Shown here: positions 7,991 to 17,164 of the stretch, one piece after another
Layout: the number at the start of each line of letters is the position of its first letter
Numbering within the stretch: position 1 is the stretch's first letter
Assembly: GCA_045541455.1 (NCBI GenBank)
Contig: JAZQJA010000032.1
Coordinates: forward strand, 2,831 to 66,830
Length of the DNA: 64,000 bases
Source of the DNA: Eubacteriales bacterium
Lineage (GTDB): Bacteria > Bacillota > Clostridia > Oscillospirales > QAKW01
Direction of reading: 5' to 3'
Made by a program: the position numbers and the translations under genes
Notes under the pieces: generated by a model
What the model was told of the DNA's origin: nothing
Databases searched by the model: none
Seen by the model: the letters and a program-made list of their open reading frames with translations, nothing else

Positions 7991-8989
7991 TTATTTTCCA
8001 CAAGCCTTTAATACTGTTTTATAAAGTTCGAGTTCGTAATCAAGAGTATATGTATTTTGCTTTTCGCCGTTTATATACTGTGCAAAGGAATGCATCATAT
8101 TATCGTATCGGTCAAAAGCATCAGAGATTTCTTTTTTATATTCCGTGTGCCATTTTGTAGAATTGCGGACAACTTTGTGAGTTTGCAGTTTGCTATGGTC
8201 TGGCAAAAGCCACTCAAGCGGTTTTAGTTCAACTGTACCCTTTGTACCGGTTACTACAAGCTGGCGCCTTTCAAAACCGCCCAGTTCTACCGCAGTGGTT
8301 TTTGCAAAGGAAATTCCGTTTTCATATTCAAAAACTGCCATACCAAAATCTTTTGCGGTAACACCGTCAATACCCGAACATTTGTTTAACGCAATTATTT
8401 TTTTAGGCTTTCCTTGAATTTTTAAAATCAAATCAACCAAATGACAGCCTAAATAAAACATCATACCGCCGGGCAAATTTTCAAGCCACATACGCGTTGA
8501 AGCAGGGTGTGTGCAACTCATCTGTGCTTCAACACTGATTATATCGCCAAGTTCACCGTTTTCAATCTTCAAAAGCAACTCTTTTATATATGGATTATAG
8601 CGGTACATATAACCTATATGAAAAACTTTGCCGGTGTTTTTCATAATGGAAATAAGTTTTTCAAAATCGGCAAGCTCTCTGCCGCCCGGTTTTTCCATGT
8701 GTATGTGTTTGCCGGCGTTTGCCGCCATTAACGCATATTTTGTAAGGTATATTTCGTCAGTTTCTATTGTAACCGCTTCAATTTCAGGGTTGTTTAACAC
8801 CTCGGCTAATGTGAGTTCTTTATATCCATCAAAAACTTCTGCCTTTTTTGAAAGCCGTTCTCTTTCGTTTTCCGGCAAAACATAACCTGCTATTTCAAAT
8901 ACATCGCTTTGATTTTTAAGGCTTTTAAAAATCTCATTAGAATGGCTGTATGTGTTAAGCCCTATATGAGCAATTTTAATTTTTTTCAT
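7991..8989 (-). CDS. Gfo/Idh/MocA family oxidoreductase
   Basis: N-terminal Rossmann KIKIAHIGLNTYSH and the EKP motif (HMEKPG). Start moved to the ATG 8987-8989 (GGAGAG RBS), away from the TTG at 9001. Confidence 0.8.
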   Translation of the reverse strand: MKKIKIAHIGLNTYSHSNEIFKSLKNQSDVFEIAGYVLPENERERLSKKAEVFDGYKELTLAEVLNNPEIEAVTIETDEIYLTKYALMAANAGKHIHMEKPGGRELADFEKLISIMKNTGKVFHIGYMYRYNPYIKELLLKIENGELGDIISVEAQMSCTHPASTRMWLENLPGGMMFYLGCHLVDLILKIQGKPKKIIALNKCSGIDGVTAKDFGMAVFEYENGISFAKTTAVELGGFERRQLVVTGTKGTVELKPLEWLLPDHSKLQTHKVVRNSTKWHTEYKKEISDAFDRYDNMMHSFAQYINGEKQNTYTLDYELELYKTVLKACGK

Positions 8990-9106
8990 TATTCTCTCCA
9001 ATACAAAGTTCGGATTTTTTTAAAAGCAACAAAGAGAATTTTTAAGATTTTCATAACTTTATATTTTAATTATATTTCTTTACAATTTTTAGGTCAACCC
9101 CCTTAT

Positions 9107-9286
9107 TTATAAAAAGACAAAATAATTTACATTCAATATAGCACTGCGTAATTTATTGTTTTTTTCGGCAACCGAAGCGATATTTATAATTCTTCCAAAG
9201 CCGTTTTGTGCAAACTTATGTGCAACTGCTCTGCCTATGCCTACTGCAGCCCCTGTTATCAGGGCGGTTTTACCTTTAAAATTCAT
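9107..9286 (-). pseudogene. Remnant of a short-chain dehydrogenase (SDR) gene
   Basis: A 59-codon ORF below the track cutoff: MNFKGKTALITGAAVGIGRAVAHKFAQNGFGRIINIASVAEKNNKLRSAILNVNYFVFL*. The SDR N-terminus (TGxxxGIG) joins directly to the mid-protein IINIxS strand and then terminates. It shares the MNFKGK start with the intact SDR at 10059..10823. Confidence 0.45.
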
Positions 9287-9300
9287 TTTAACTACTCCTT

Positions 9301-10059
9301 TTAAAAATCAATGCTATCACGAATTATTTTCATATTTTGCAATAAAGGTTGTGCGGCAGTCGACAACGCATCGTGTTCATACACGCAAAGTGCCATACAG
9401 CAGCCAAGTTTTATGCCTAAACGGCGGTGCAAAGTACACTCGCCGCCTGAAAGAAATAAAAACGGTGCGCCAAGCTCTTGCTTTAAAAGGTTGGTAATGC
9501 GCAAATTTTCTATCTGCTGTTCCATATCGTCTGCTGCGGTTACAATTTTAATTATATCCGCACCCCTGCGCTTTTGCTCAAAGGCTATTTCAAGCACGCG
9601 TTTGGCAGGTGCAAACTTATATAAGTGAGAAGACATAAGCACTTGTGCACCCATATCGTGCAATTTTGAGATAAGCTCCATTTGCTTTTTTATAGCTTCC
9701 TCATTGTCAGTAAGTTCTTCGGGGTGTTTGCAAAACATATCCCCCATAACATCACAAAGGGTTGCACCGCTGCTTGCAAGGGTGACAAGCCCTTTGGCTA
9801 ATTCATCGTCGCTTTTACCACTATTATTAGCACCCCTGTAATTTGTAACATAACAAGGCTTGCCTTTCATTTCTAAAAAAAGTTTTTTATATGTATCGGG
9901 ATTGTGATATTCAGGTTTTAAAGATTCCACTTGTAAGCCGTATGCATCGGCACCAAGGCAGTTGGCGTTTCTTATTCTGCCAATTGCAGTTTCGGGGGTT
10001 TCGCATTGAAGCATAACTGTAAGTAAGGGAGTTTCATTATTCAAAAAACTTTTTGCCAT
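9301..10059 (-). CDS. Type I 3-dehydroquinase-like (DHquinase_I fold) protein
   Basis: Candidate Schiff-base Lys in ADIIKIVTAA and His in VLMSSHLY. Start taken at the ATG 10057-10059, which overlaps the upstream SDR stop by 1 nt (TAATG). Confidence 0.65.
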   Translation of the reverse strand: MAKSFLNNETPLLTVMLQCETPETAIGRIRNANCLGADAYGLQVESLKPEYHNPDTYKKLFLEMKGKPCYVTNYRGANNSGKSDDELAKGLVTLASSGATLCDVMGDMFCKHPEELTDNEEAIKKQMELISKLHDMGAQVLMSSHLYKFAPAKRVLEIAFEQKRRGADIIKIVTAADDMEQQIENLRITNLLKQELGAPFLFLSGGECTLHRRLGIKLGCCMALCVYEHDALSTAAQPLLQNMKIIRDSIDF

Positions 10060-10823
10060 TATTTCCACCTGCCCATAGCATTTCTTCCACCGTCTATCAT
10101 AATATTTTCACCGTTTATAAACTGTCCTTTTTCAGAGGCTAAAAATAAACATAAATCAATTATTTCCTGCGGGTTTGCGGCTCTGCCGAGCAGTGTTTTC
10201 ATATTTGACATAGCGGCACGGGTCAGCACAGGGCCGGGAGACACACAAACACAGCGGATACCGTGCTTGGAACCGTATTGTGCAATAGATTTAGTAAGCC
10301 CAAACATAAGCCCTGCCTTTGCAGTTGGATAATCCATACCATAGCCATCGCCTTCTGCACCGGTAATAGAGCCGATATTTATTATCAAACCGCTTTTTTG
10401 TTCTCTCATTTGCTTTAATACAGCGTGTGCAAAATAGAACGGGCCTTTCAAATTCACATCAATACCCCAATCATAAACATCAATCGGAACATCGGGGAAT
10501 TCGGGATATACATCGCGGTCAACCTTTTGCATACGAACAGCGGTTCCGCCTGCAAAATTTGCCATTACATCAATTTGTCCAAAAGTTTCTACTGCCTTAT
10601 CTCTTGCATTACATACTTGTGCATAATCACGTATATCACACAAAATGCCAATTGCTTTTCCTTTGCCTTGCGTGTTTATTTGAGAAACCTTTTCATTTAA
10701 AACTTGCTCATTTATATCGCACATAACAACATTACCGCCAAGTTTTGCCCAGTTTTGAGCAAACAAAAGCCCCATTCCCGATGCGGCACCTGTTGAAATT
10801 GCAACCTTACCTTTAAAATTCAT
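10059..10823 (-). CDS. SDR family oxidoreductase
   Basis: STGAASGMG Rossmann motif, INIGS, and the YxxxK catalytic motif (YPTAK). Confidence 0.85.
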   Translation of the reverse strand: MNFKGKVAISTGAASGMGLLFAQNWAKLGGNVVMCDINEQVLNEKVSQINTQGKGKAIGILCDIRDYAQVCNARDKAVETFGQIDVMANFAGGTAVRMQKVDRDVYPEFPDVPIDVYDWGIDVNLKGPFYFAHAVLKQMREQKSGLIINIGSITGAEGDGYGMDYPTAKAGLMFGLTKSIAQYGSKHGIRCVCVSPGPVLTRAAMSNMKTLLGRAANPQEIIDLCLFLASEKGQFINGENIMIDGGRNAMGRWK

Positions 10824-10869
10824 GCTTTCAACCTCCTTTTATTATATTATATACTGCTTGTAAATAGCA

Positions 10870-10885
10870 AAAATCGTACGATTTT
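10870..10885. promoter_or_regulatory. Perfect 16-bp palindrome in a divergent promoter region (candidate operator)
   Basis: aaaatcgtacgatttt, located between the SDR operon start (10823, minus) and the AraC-family gene start (10962, plus). Confidence 0.3.
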
Positions 10886-10961
10886 AACCTTTTTGATACT
10901 TTTTAGTTATAAAACTTGAAATTATTTAAGAAAAATATTATAATTTTAAAGGTGATTATAA

Positions 10962-11717
10962 TTGAGTATATTTAAAAATACAGTAATTACAAATATTTAT
11001 CCGACAACAACCGTTTTTTCGGAAAAAGGACGCAAAGCAATTACAAAAAACAGGTTGTGTTGGGGCTTGTCTTTTTGCATAGAAGGTCAAATTACTTATA
11101 CGCAAAACGGAAAAACATTTGTTTCTAATGCAAAAAATGCAGTTTTGTTGCCCAAAGGTGCCACCTATTCGCTTAGCGGTGATAAAGAAGGGCTTTTCCC
11201 CGTAATCAACTTTGAGTGCAGTAATTTAACTGCCGACACAATTGTTATATTTCCTTTATCAGATGCAAAATCATATATAAAAGATTATAAAATACTTTCA
11301 AACTGTTTTTTGTTTGATAACAAAAAATTAAAGCAGTTTCAATTACTGTATAATATAATGGAGCGGTTAGATTTTGAACAATCAAAAAAACCGTTATTTT
11401 CCATAATAAATTATATAGAAACTCATATTTCGGATAACAGTATTACAAACGAAATACTGGCTCAAAAAATGAATATTAGTGAAGTGTATCTGCGAAAATT
11501 ATTTTTATCTAATTTAAGCATTACACCAAAACAGTATATACTGGATCTTCGTATTAAAAAAGCAAAAAAATTACTGGCAGACAGTAACTATACGGTAACC
11601 AAGATTTCTGAAAGATGCGGTTTTTCAAGCCCATATCATTTTTGCAGAATTTTTAAAGAAAAAACCGGCATGTCACCCACCCAATACGCCAAATTCAACA
11701 AGATTTACCAAATATAA
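10962..11717 (+). CDS. AraC family transcriptional regulator
   Basis: N-terminal cupin-like domain plus a C-terminal double HTH (TKISERCGFSSPYHFCRIFKEKTGMSPTQY). TTG start with an AAAGGTGA RBS. Confidence 0.85.
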   Translation: MSIFKNTVITNIYPTTTVFSEKGRKAITKNRLCWGLSFCIEGQITYTQNGKTFVSNAKNAVLLPKGATYSLSGDKEGLFPVINFECSNLTADTIVIFPLSDAKSYIKDYKILSNCFLFDNKKLKQFQLLYNIMERLDFEQSKKPLFSIINYIETHISDNSITNEILAQKMNISEVYLRKLFLSNLSITPKQYILDLRIKKAKKLLADSNYTVTKISERCGFSSPYHFCRIFKEKTGMSPTQYAKFNKIYQI

Positions 11718-11733
11718 AACCGAGGTGTTTTTA

Positions 11734-13089
11734 ATGAATGACTGTTTAAATTTTAATGGCAAATTAACTGTTCAAGCAGACAAAAGAATGAATAACAAAA
11801 CCGTAAAAAAACTTTGGAATAGTTTTTGCTTTGGTGATATCACGCTTGATATAAAATCAGTCGATGATTGCATTTTTCGTCTAGGCGATACAAAATTGCC
11901 TGATTTAAATGATGGTAAAGAATACGCACTGCGTGTTGATAAAAACGGTGCCGCAATCGTCGGTAAAGATTACGGCGGGCTGATGCGCGGCTTTATATCT
12001 CTGCTTATGAAAATCGAATGTGCAGACAGTGGTTTTATAATTAAACCTGTCACAGAACAGAGCAATTATAAAATCAAAAACCGTATGATACATATCTGCG
12101 TTTTTCCCGAAAATGATTTGTATTTTATTAAAAAACTCATTCGTCTTGCGGGGCTTTGCCAATACACACATATCGTTATAGAATTTTGGGGTATGCTTAA
12201 GTACGACTGCTTAAAAGAACTTGCTTGGCCACACGCTTTTTCAAAAGAACAGGTAAAAGAGCTTATTTGCGAATGTAGGGAGTTTGGTATTGAGCCAATT
12301 CCGATGTTTAATCAATTGGGGCATGCCACCGCATGCCGCATTATCAACGGTAAGCACGTGGTGCTTGACCAAAACCCAAGGCTGCAGCATCTGTTCACCC
12401 CTGACGGCTGGGCATGGAATATTCATTCTGACAAAACGCGCACTTTGCTCAAAAATATTCGAGGGGAACTTTATGCGCTGTTTGGCGATGGCACATATAT
12501 GCACATTGGATGTGACGAGGCATATTACTACACCCGTTGCGATGAAGAACGTAAAAAACTTCCCGATTTCTTAAAATATCTCACCGACGAGGTGGTAAAA
12601 GAGGGCAGGCGCCCAATGGTTTGGATGGATATGATGTTGGAGCGCGATAAATATAATAAAAAGGTGCGGGCTTATGCCACTTGTGCGCCAGACGAGGTGG
12701 AAATTATGCAAAGTGCATTAAATCCTGCAACTGTAATGGTGGACTGGCAGTATAATATGAAAGAGGCACCTATCGAAACTATGCTAAGTCTTAAAGATAA
12801 TATACACGATGCCATGGGTGCACCGTGGTATGAGCCTGATAACTATGCCGCCTATGTTGATACTGTAACCGAACACCAAATGTTTGGTATTATGATGACA
12901 ACCTGGCATACACTTTATCAGCATATGCACAGCATTTTAGGCTGTGCCAAAAAATGCGGTGCTGTCACTTTCCCTTGGTCGCAGTTTAGCGGACTTCGCG
13001 AGGAAACTGCAACACTTTTTCGCAGAGTAAGTTTTGAGGGTAACACCTATACCGATAGCGGTTGGGCAAAGCATCAAATAGAGGTGTAA
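11734..13089 (+). CDS. GH20-like TIM-barrel glycoside hydrolase (tentative beta-N-acetylhexosaminidase family)
   Basis: HIGCDEA resembles the GH20 H-x-G-G-D-E catalytic segment; FNQLGHA is also present. Start moved to the ATG at 11734 (GAGGTG RBS). Confidence 0.5.
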   Translation: MNDCLNFNGKLTVQADKRMNNKTVKKLWNSFCFGDITLDIKSVDDCIFRLGDTKLPDLNDGKEYALRVDKNGAAIVGKDYGGLMRGFISLLMKIECADSGFIIKPVTEQSNYKIKNRMIHICVFPENDLYFIKKLIRLAGLCQYTHIVIEFWGMLKYDCLKELAWPHAFSKEQVKELICECREFGIEPIPMFNQLGHATACRIINGKHVVLDQNPRLQHLFTPDGWAWNIHSDKTRTLLKNIRGELYALFGDGTYMHIGCDEAYYYTRCDEERKKLPDFLKYLTDEVVKEGRRPMVWMDMMLERDKYNKKVRAYATCAPDEVEIMQSALNPATVMVDWQYNMKEAPIETMLSLKDNIHDAMGAPWYEPDNYAAYVDTVTEHQMFGIMMTTWHTLYQHMHSILGCAKKCGAVTFPWSQFSGLREETATLFRRVSFEGNTYTDSGWAKHQIEV

Positions 13090-13240
13090 TATTACACTCT
13101 TGCAATCAATCGGCTTAATACTCGGTGTTGTGTCAATTGTGTTATTAAAATTATAATTTAAGAGTATCTTTTACTAAAATGCAGCGTTTACTTTTTACAG
13201 TTGTTATGATATATTTAATAAAAGTGCCAAGAGAGGAATA

Positions 13241-13912
13241 ATGATGATACAAGAAAATTTATTTGAAAATATAAAATATCTTATTTCGTATCCTGATAAC
13301 TTCAGTGCCGATAAAAAATATCCGCTAATTGTTTTTTTGCACGGTGCAGGCACAAGGGGTAATGACTTAGACACCTTAAAAAACAATCCGAGTTTTGTTA
13401 ATTTAAAAAAGCGTCAAATCCGCGAATATATACTGCTTGCGCCATTGTGCAGTGTTAACAACTGGAACGAAATTATGTCATCATTAATTAATCTTGTCGG
13501 CTATGCAAGACAACTTGAATATGTTGATATAAAACGTGTGTATCTTACCGGTGCCAGTATGGGCGGCTACGGAACTTGGGAACTTGCATCTCTCCGTCCT
13601 GATTGGTTTGCATCTATTATGCCTGTTTGCGGCGGCGGTATAAAATGGATGACATATACGCTGGTTGACATTCCCATCCGTGCGTTTCACGGTATTTGTG
13701 ACAATGTTGTAGACCCAATTGAAAGTCTTGAAATGGTAAAAGCAGTTAACCGCCGTGACGGCCATGCCGAACTTATTCTTTTCCCAAAACTAAAACATAA
13801 CTGTTGGGATAAGGTTTATTCGACAGAGGAAAATTACGATTGGCTGTTGTCCTTTTCAACAGATCGCGACAAAACACTTATCGAGCAGTTATCGGGACAA
13901 TACTACGGATAA
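13241..13912 (+). CDS. Alpha/beta-hydrolase fold esterase (phospholipase/carboxylesterase-like)
   Basis: Oxyanion region LIVFLHGAG, nucleophile elbow GASMGG, and late Asp/His (ICDNVVD, KHNCWD). Confidence 0.7.
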   Translation: MMIQENLFENIKYLISYPDNFSADKKYPLIVFLHGAGTRGNDLDTLKNNPSFVNLKKRQIREYILLAPLCSVNNWNEIMSSLINLVGYARQLEYVDIKRVYLTGASMGGYGTWELASLRPDWFASIMPVCGGGIKWMTYTLVDIPIRAFHGICDNVVDPIESLEMVKAVNRRDGHAELILFPKLKHNCWDKVYSTEENYDWLLSFSTDRDKTLIEQLSGQYYG

Positions 13913-13913
13913 A

Positions 13914-13953
13914 AAACAGGCTGTAAAAAACTATAGTTTTTTACAGCCTGTTT
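13914..13953. terminator. Bidirectional terminator (hairpin family B, copy 1)
   Basis: aaacaggctgtaaaaaac, loop tata, gttttttacagcctgttt: a perfect 18-bp stem. The 15-bp arm core is identical to the hairpin at 40314-40357. Confidence 0.75.
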
Positions 13954-13968
13954 CATTTGACATAAAAA

Positions 13969-14889
13969 TTAATTATTTAAAATATATTCCTGAGCAAAAT
14001 GCACAGCAACAGCGCCGTCTGCAACGGCAGTGACAATCTGCCGGACCGCTTTTGTGCGTACATCGCCTATGGCAAACACACCGTCAATGTTTGTTTTGGT
14101 GCTTTCGTCTGCCACAATATACCCCGAACTGTCAAGATTTAGTTGAGTTTTAAACATTTCTGTCACAGGGCTTCTGCCAATGCTTATAAATGCACCGTCG
14201 ACTTTTAGTTGTTCAGTACTGCCATCGTTGTTTTTAATTTTGATTTTGTTTAGTTTTTGGTCATAAATAAAGCCGTCAACCTGTGCGTTCCATTTAAACT
14301 CTATATTATTCGCTGTTAAAAGCGGGTCGCGGTATATTTTTTCAGCCCGCAAAGAATCTCTGCGGTGAATAAGATAAACCTTTTCACAAATTTTAGATAA
14401 AAGCATTGCATCTGCAGCGGCAGAGTTTCCGCCGCCAACAACTGCAACCGTTTTGCCGCGGTACATCATGCCGTCACATGCGGCACAGTAGGCAACGCCC
14501 CTGCCTATAAGGTTTTCCTCGTCCTTTATTCCAAGGTGTTTATGGTCTGCACCCGTTGCAATAATAACAGTTTTGGCATAAAAATCACCTGCATCGGCAG
14601 TGATTTTTTTAGTAGCAGCTTTCAAATCGGTAAAAAGTACCTCAGTTTGTATTGTCTTTGCCCCAAAGCGCTGTGCCCCGTTTTGCATTTTTTGACCGAG
14701 TGTGAAACCGTCAATCCCCTCATCAAAACCGGGGTAATTGTCAATTTGTTCAGTCTGCGTCATTTGACCGCCGGCAGAAAATTTTTCAAGCACAAGCGTT
14801 TCAAGCCCGGCCCTTACGGCATATAGTGCTGCTGTATACCCTGCGGGACCTCCGCCGATAATTATTGTGTCATAAACTTTTATATCCAT
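13969..14889 (-). CDS. trxB: Thioredoxin-disulfide reductase
   Basis: GGGPAG FAD motif, redox CAACDG, and a GGGNSA NADPH motif. Start at the ATG 14887-14889 with an AAAGGAG RBS. Confidence 0.9.
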   Translation of the reverse strand: MDIKVYDTIIIGGGPAGYTAALYAVRAGLETLVLEKFSAGGQMTQTEQIDNYPGFDEGIDGFTLGQKMQNGAQRFGAKTIQTEVLFTDLKAATKKITADAGDFYAKTVIIATGADHKHLGIKDEENLIGRGVAYCAACDGMMYRGKTVAVVGGGNSAAADAMLLSKICEKVYLIHRRDSLRAEKIYRDPLLTANNIEFKWNAQVDGFIYDQKLNKIKIKNNDGSTEQLKVDGAFISIGRSPVTEMFKTQLNLDSSGYIVADESTKTNIDGVFAIGDVRTKAVRQIVTAVADGAVAVHFAQEYILNN

Positions 14890-14986
14890 AATAAAAGCTC
14901 CTTTCGGCATTCTGTTAATAGTATAACCGAAAAGAGCTTTTGTTTTGTGAATTTGTCACCCAGCCTGCCTTTCGGCATACTTTTTA

Positions 14987-15295
14987 TTATGAGAGCATAT
15001 CAAGTATCTGTGCTTTAGGTTTGGCTCCTGTTGATTGATTTACAATTTTGCCGTCCTGCAATACAAACAACGACGGAATACTCATCACCTGAAACGAAGC
15101 GGCAAGTTCGCTTTCTTCGTCTACATTTATTTTGCAGACTTTGTACTCAGGGTGCTCATTTGCAATTTCTTCGACGATGGGTCCTACCATACGGCAAGGA
15201 CCGCACCAATCTGCATAGAAATCGACAAGAACTTTTTTATCGCTTTTTAAAACTTCATTTTCAAAATTGCTTTTATTTACTTTAATAACAGACAT
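14987..15295 (-). CDS. trxA: Thioredoxin
   Basis: 102 aa with a WCGPC active site. Confidence 0.9.
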   Translation of the reverse strand: MSVIKVNKSNFENEVLKSDKKVLVDFYADWCGPCRMVGPIVEEIANEHPEYKVCKINVDEESELAASFQVMSIPSLFVLQDGKIVNQSTGAKPKAQILDMLS

Positions 15296-15312
15296 ATTAA
15301 ACCCTCCTGTAA

Positions 15313-15822
15313 TTAAAGCACAAGTGAAGGTGCGCTGTAAATCCTGCCTGCCAATTCTTGATTGAGCATATAAAGGCCTTTAGGGTCACTGCCAAAAAGC
15401 TCCATTTTAGAGATAAGGTCGTTTGCGTTTGTTTCTTCTTCACCTTGCTCTTTAACAAACCAGTCTAAAAACTGCATTGTACGAAAATCGCGCACGTCAT
15501 AAGCCGCGCCGTAAATGTCGTTTATAAGCGATGTCACATATTTTTCGTGCTCAAGACCTGCTTTGAGAACATCTATATGAGAGGAGAATGTTTTGTCGGG
15601 CTTGTCAATTGCTTCAAGTGTTACAGGCATATTTTCGTTTTGAAGGTAGGTGTAAAACAGCATTGCATGGTCCCGCTCCTCTTGGGCCTGAATCATATAC
15701 CAGTTTGCAAATCCGTCAAGTCCGTTTGCCTTGAAATAGTTTGAAAAATCGAGGTAAAGATATGCAGAATAAAATTCTTTGTTAATTTGCTCATTTAAAA
15801 GCGCGTGTACTTTTTTATCCAT
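15313..15822 (-). CDS. Ferritin (non-heme, Ftn-type)
   Basis: LNEQINKEFYSAYLYL and QAQEERDHA ferroxidase-centre segments. Start at the ATG 15820-15822 with an AAAGGAG RBS. Confidence 0.85.
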   Translation of the reverse strand: MDKKVHALLNEQINKEFYSAYLYLDFSNYFKANGLDGFANWYMIQAQEERDHAMLFYTYLQNENMPVTLEAIDKPDKTFSSHIDVLKAGLEHEKYVTSLINDIYGAAYDVRDFRTMQFLDWFVKEQGEEETNANDLISKMELFGSDPKGLYMLNQELAGRIYSAPSLVL

Positions 15823-15853
15823 AATAAACACTCCTTTAATAATAAGTATCTAA

Positions 15854-15882
15854 ATAATAGCATGATTCCAATTAAGTGTCAA
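15854..15882 (-). promoter_or_regulatory. Putative promoter of the ferritin-trxA transcription unit
   Basis: Minus strand: TTGACA (15877-15882), 17 nt, TATTAT (15854-15859). Confidence 0.4.
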
Positions 15883-15910
15883 TTATACATAAATTTAATT
15901 AAAAATTTAT

Positions 15911-17164
15911 TTAATCTTTTTTAATAGTTTGTCGTACATATAATATGGCTGTAATTGTCAAAAGTAAACTGATAAAAGAAGTAACCTGTTGGGCATAAAC
16001 GGGCAGACCTAAAAATGTATTGCCCTGATTTTGCACAAACGATACGAGCGGGCTTGCAATAAGCGTTGCAATAAAACCCACTGTGCCTGCCATTGCTTGA
16101 CAAAGCGCCAATGAATCAGCGCGCTTTTCGGGGGCGATATAGTCAAATATAAGATTAGTCAGCGCACTGTTAATTCCGCCCATAGCGATTCCGTGAATAA
16201 GATAGTAAAGCGCAACGGCAACTTTTGCTGTGGCGGGTGTTGCAAAAGTAAAACAAAGATAACTTGCACCAAGTACCAACAGGCATTTTTCTGTCATTAT
16301 TGCAAATGAATGTTTATCGGCATATTTTCCCCAAAACCGTGAAACGAGAATACGTGTTACACTGCCAAAAATGGTTAACGCTGATACGAATGTAAGACTA
16401 AACCCCAGTTCGTTTATATTATAAGTGCCGTAAAAGGGAACGGAAAAGTAAGTACCTGCATAGTACAGCACAAATACTACTGTAATGTGTAAAACTTTTT
16501 TGTTTGTTATAAGTTCTTTTATAGTATTGGTCAATTTTGCAGTCGGTTTATAAGGAATTGGTTTTTCGGGGGTGCCAAGCATACACAAAGTGTGCAGTAC
16601 CGTCATAACCAACATTATGGCACCTGCAAGCATAAATGCCGTTTTAAGTTGTCCTTTTGACGCAAAAGTGTCAATAAGTGCCCCCATAGCGAACTGAAAA
16701 ATCATTCCTGCTATAAGCGAAATTATTTCCTTGCTGGCTGTAAAACGGCCGCGTTTACCGTCCTCTACCAGTGACATAAGCCAGTTTATTTTTTTGGGGT
16801 GTACTATATAGTATAGAATATATGCTAAAAAAACCGCTGCTATAAACAGTGCCGTTTTTATCGGCTTTCGCAAATTTAAGATAGGTATTATATACAGTAG
16901 AGAAAATAAGACCTGATTTATAACACTCATTACTATAACAACAGGTTTCATTTGCCGTTTGTGTAAAAAAACCGAAAACAACTGAAAAAGGCAACCAAGC
17001 GATATAAAAGAAGAAAGAATACCTGTAAGGCTGTCGGAAAAGCCCAGTTGTTTAGTGAGTGTTGCAAGAAAAGAACCTGCCACCAGAATAGAAATCAAAT
17101 ATTCCAGTGCCGCCTGGGCTGTATAAAGCGCACGGCCTTTTTTACAAGCGCTTTCTGTCACCAT
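15911..17164 (-). CDS. MFS transporter
   Basis: 417 aa and hydrophobic throughout (about 12 TM). The ATG directly abuts the stop of the upstream glycoside hydrolase. Confidence 0.75.
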   Translation of the reverse strand: MVTESACKKGRALYTAQAALEYLISILVAGSFLATLTKQLGFSDSLTGILSSFISLGCLFQLFSVFLHKRQMKPVVIVMSVINQVLFSLLYIIPILNLRKPIKTALFIAAVFLAYILYYIVHPKKINWLMSLVEDGKRGRFTASKEIISLIAGMIFQFAMGALIDTFASKGQLKTAFMLAGAIMLVMTVLHTLCMLGTPEKPIPYKPTAKLTNTIKELITNKKVLHITVVFVLYYAGTYFSVPFYGTYNINELGFSLTFVSALTIFGSVTRILVSRFWGKYADKHSFAIMTEKCLLVLGASYLCFTFATPATAKVAVALYYLIHGIAMGGINSALTNLIFDYIAPEKRADSLALCQAMAGTVGFIATLIASPLVSFVQNQGNTFLGLPVYAQQVTSFISLLLTITAILYVRQTIKKD

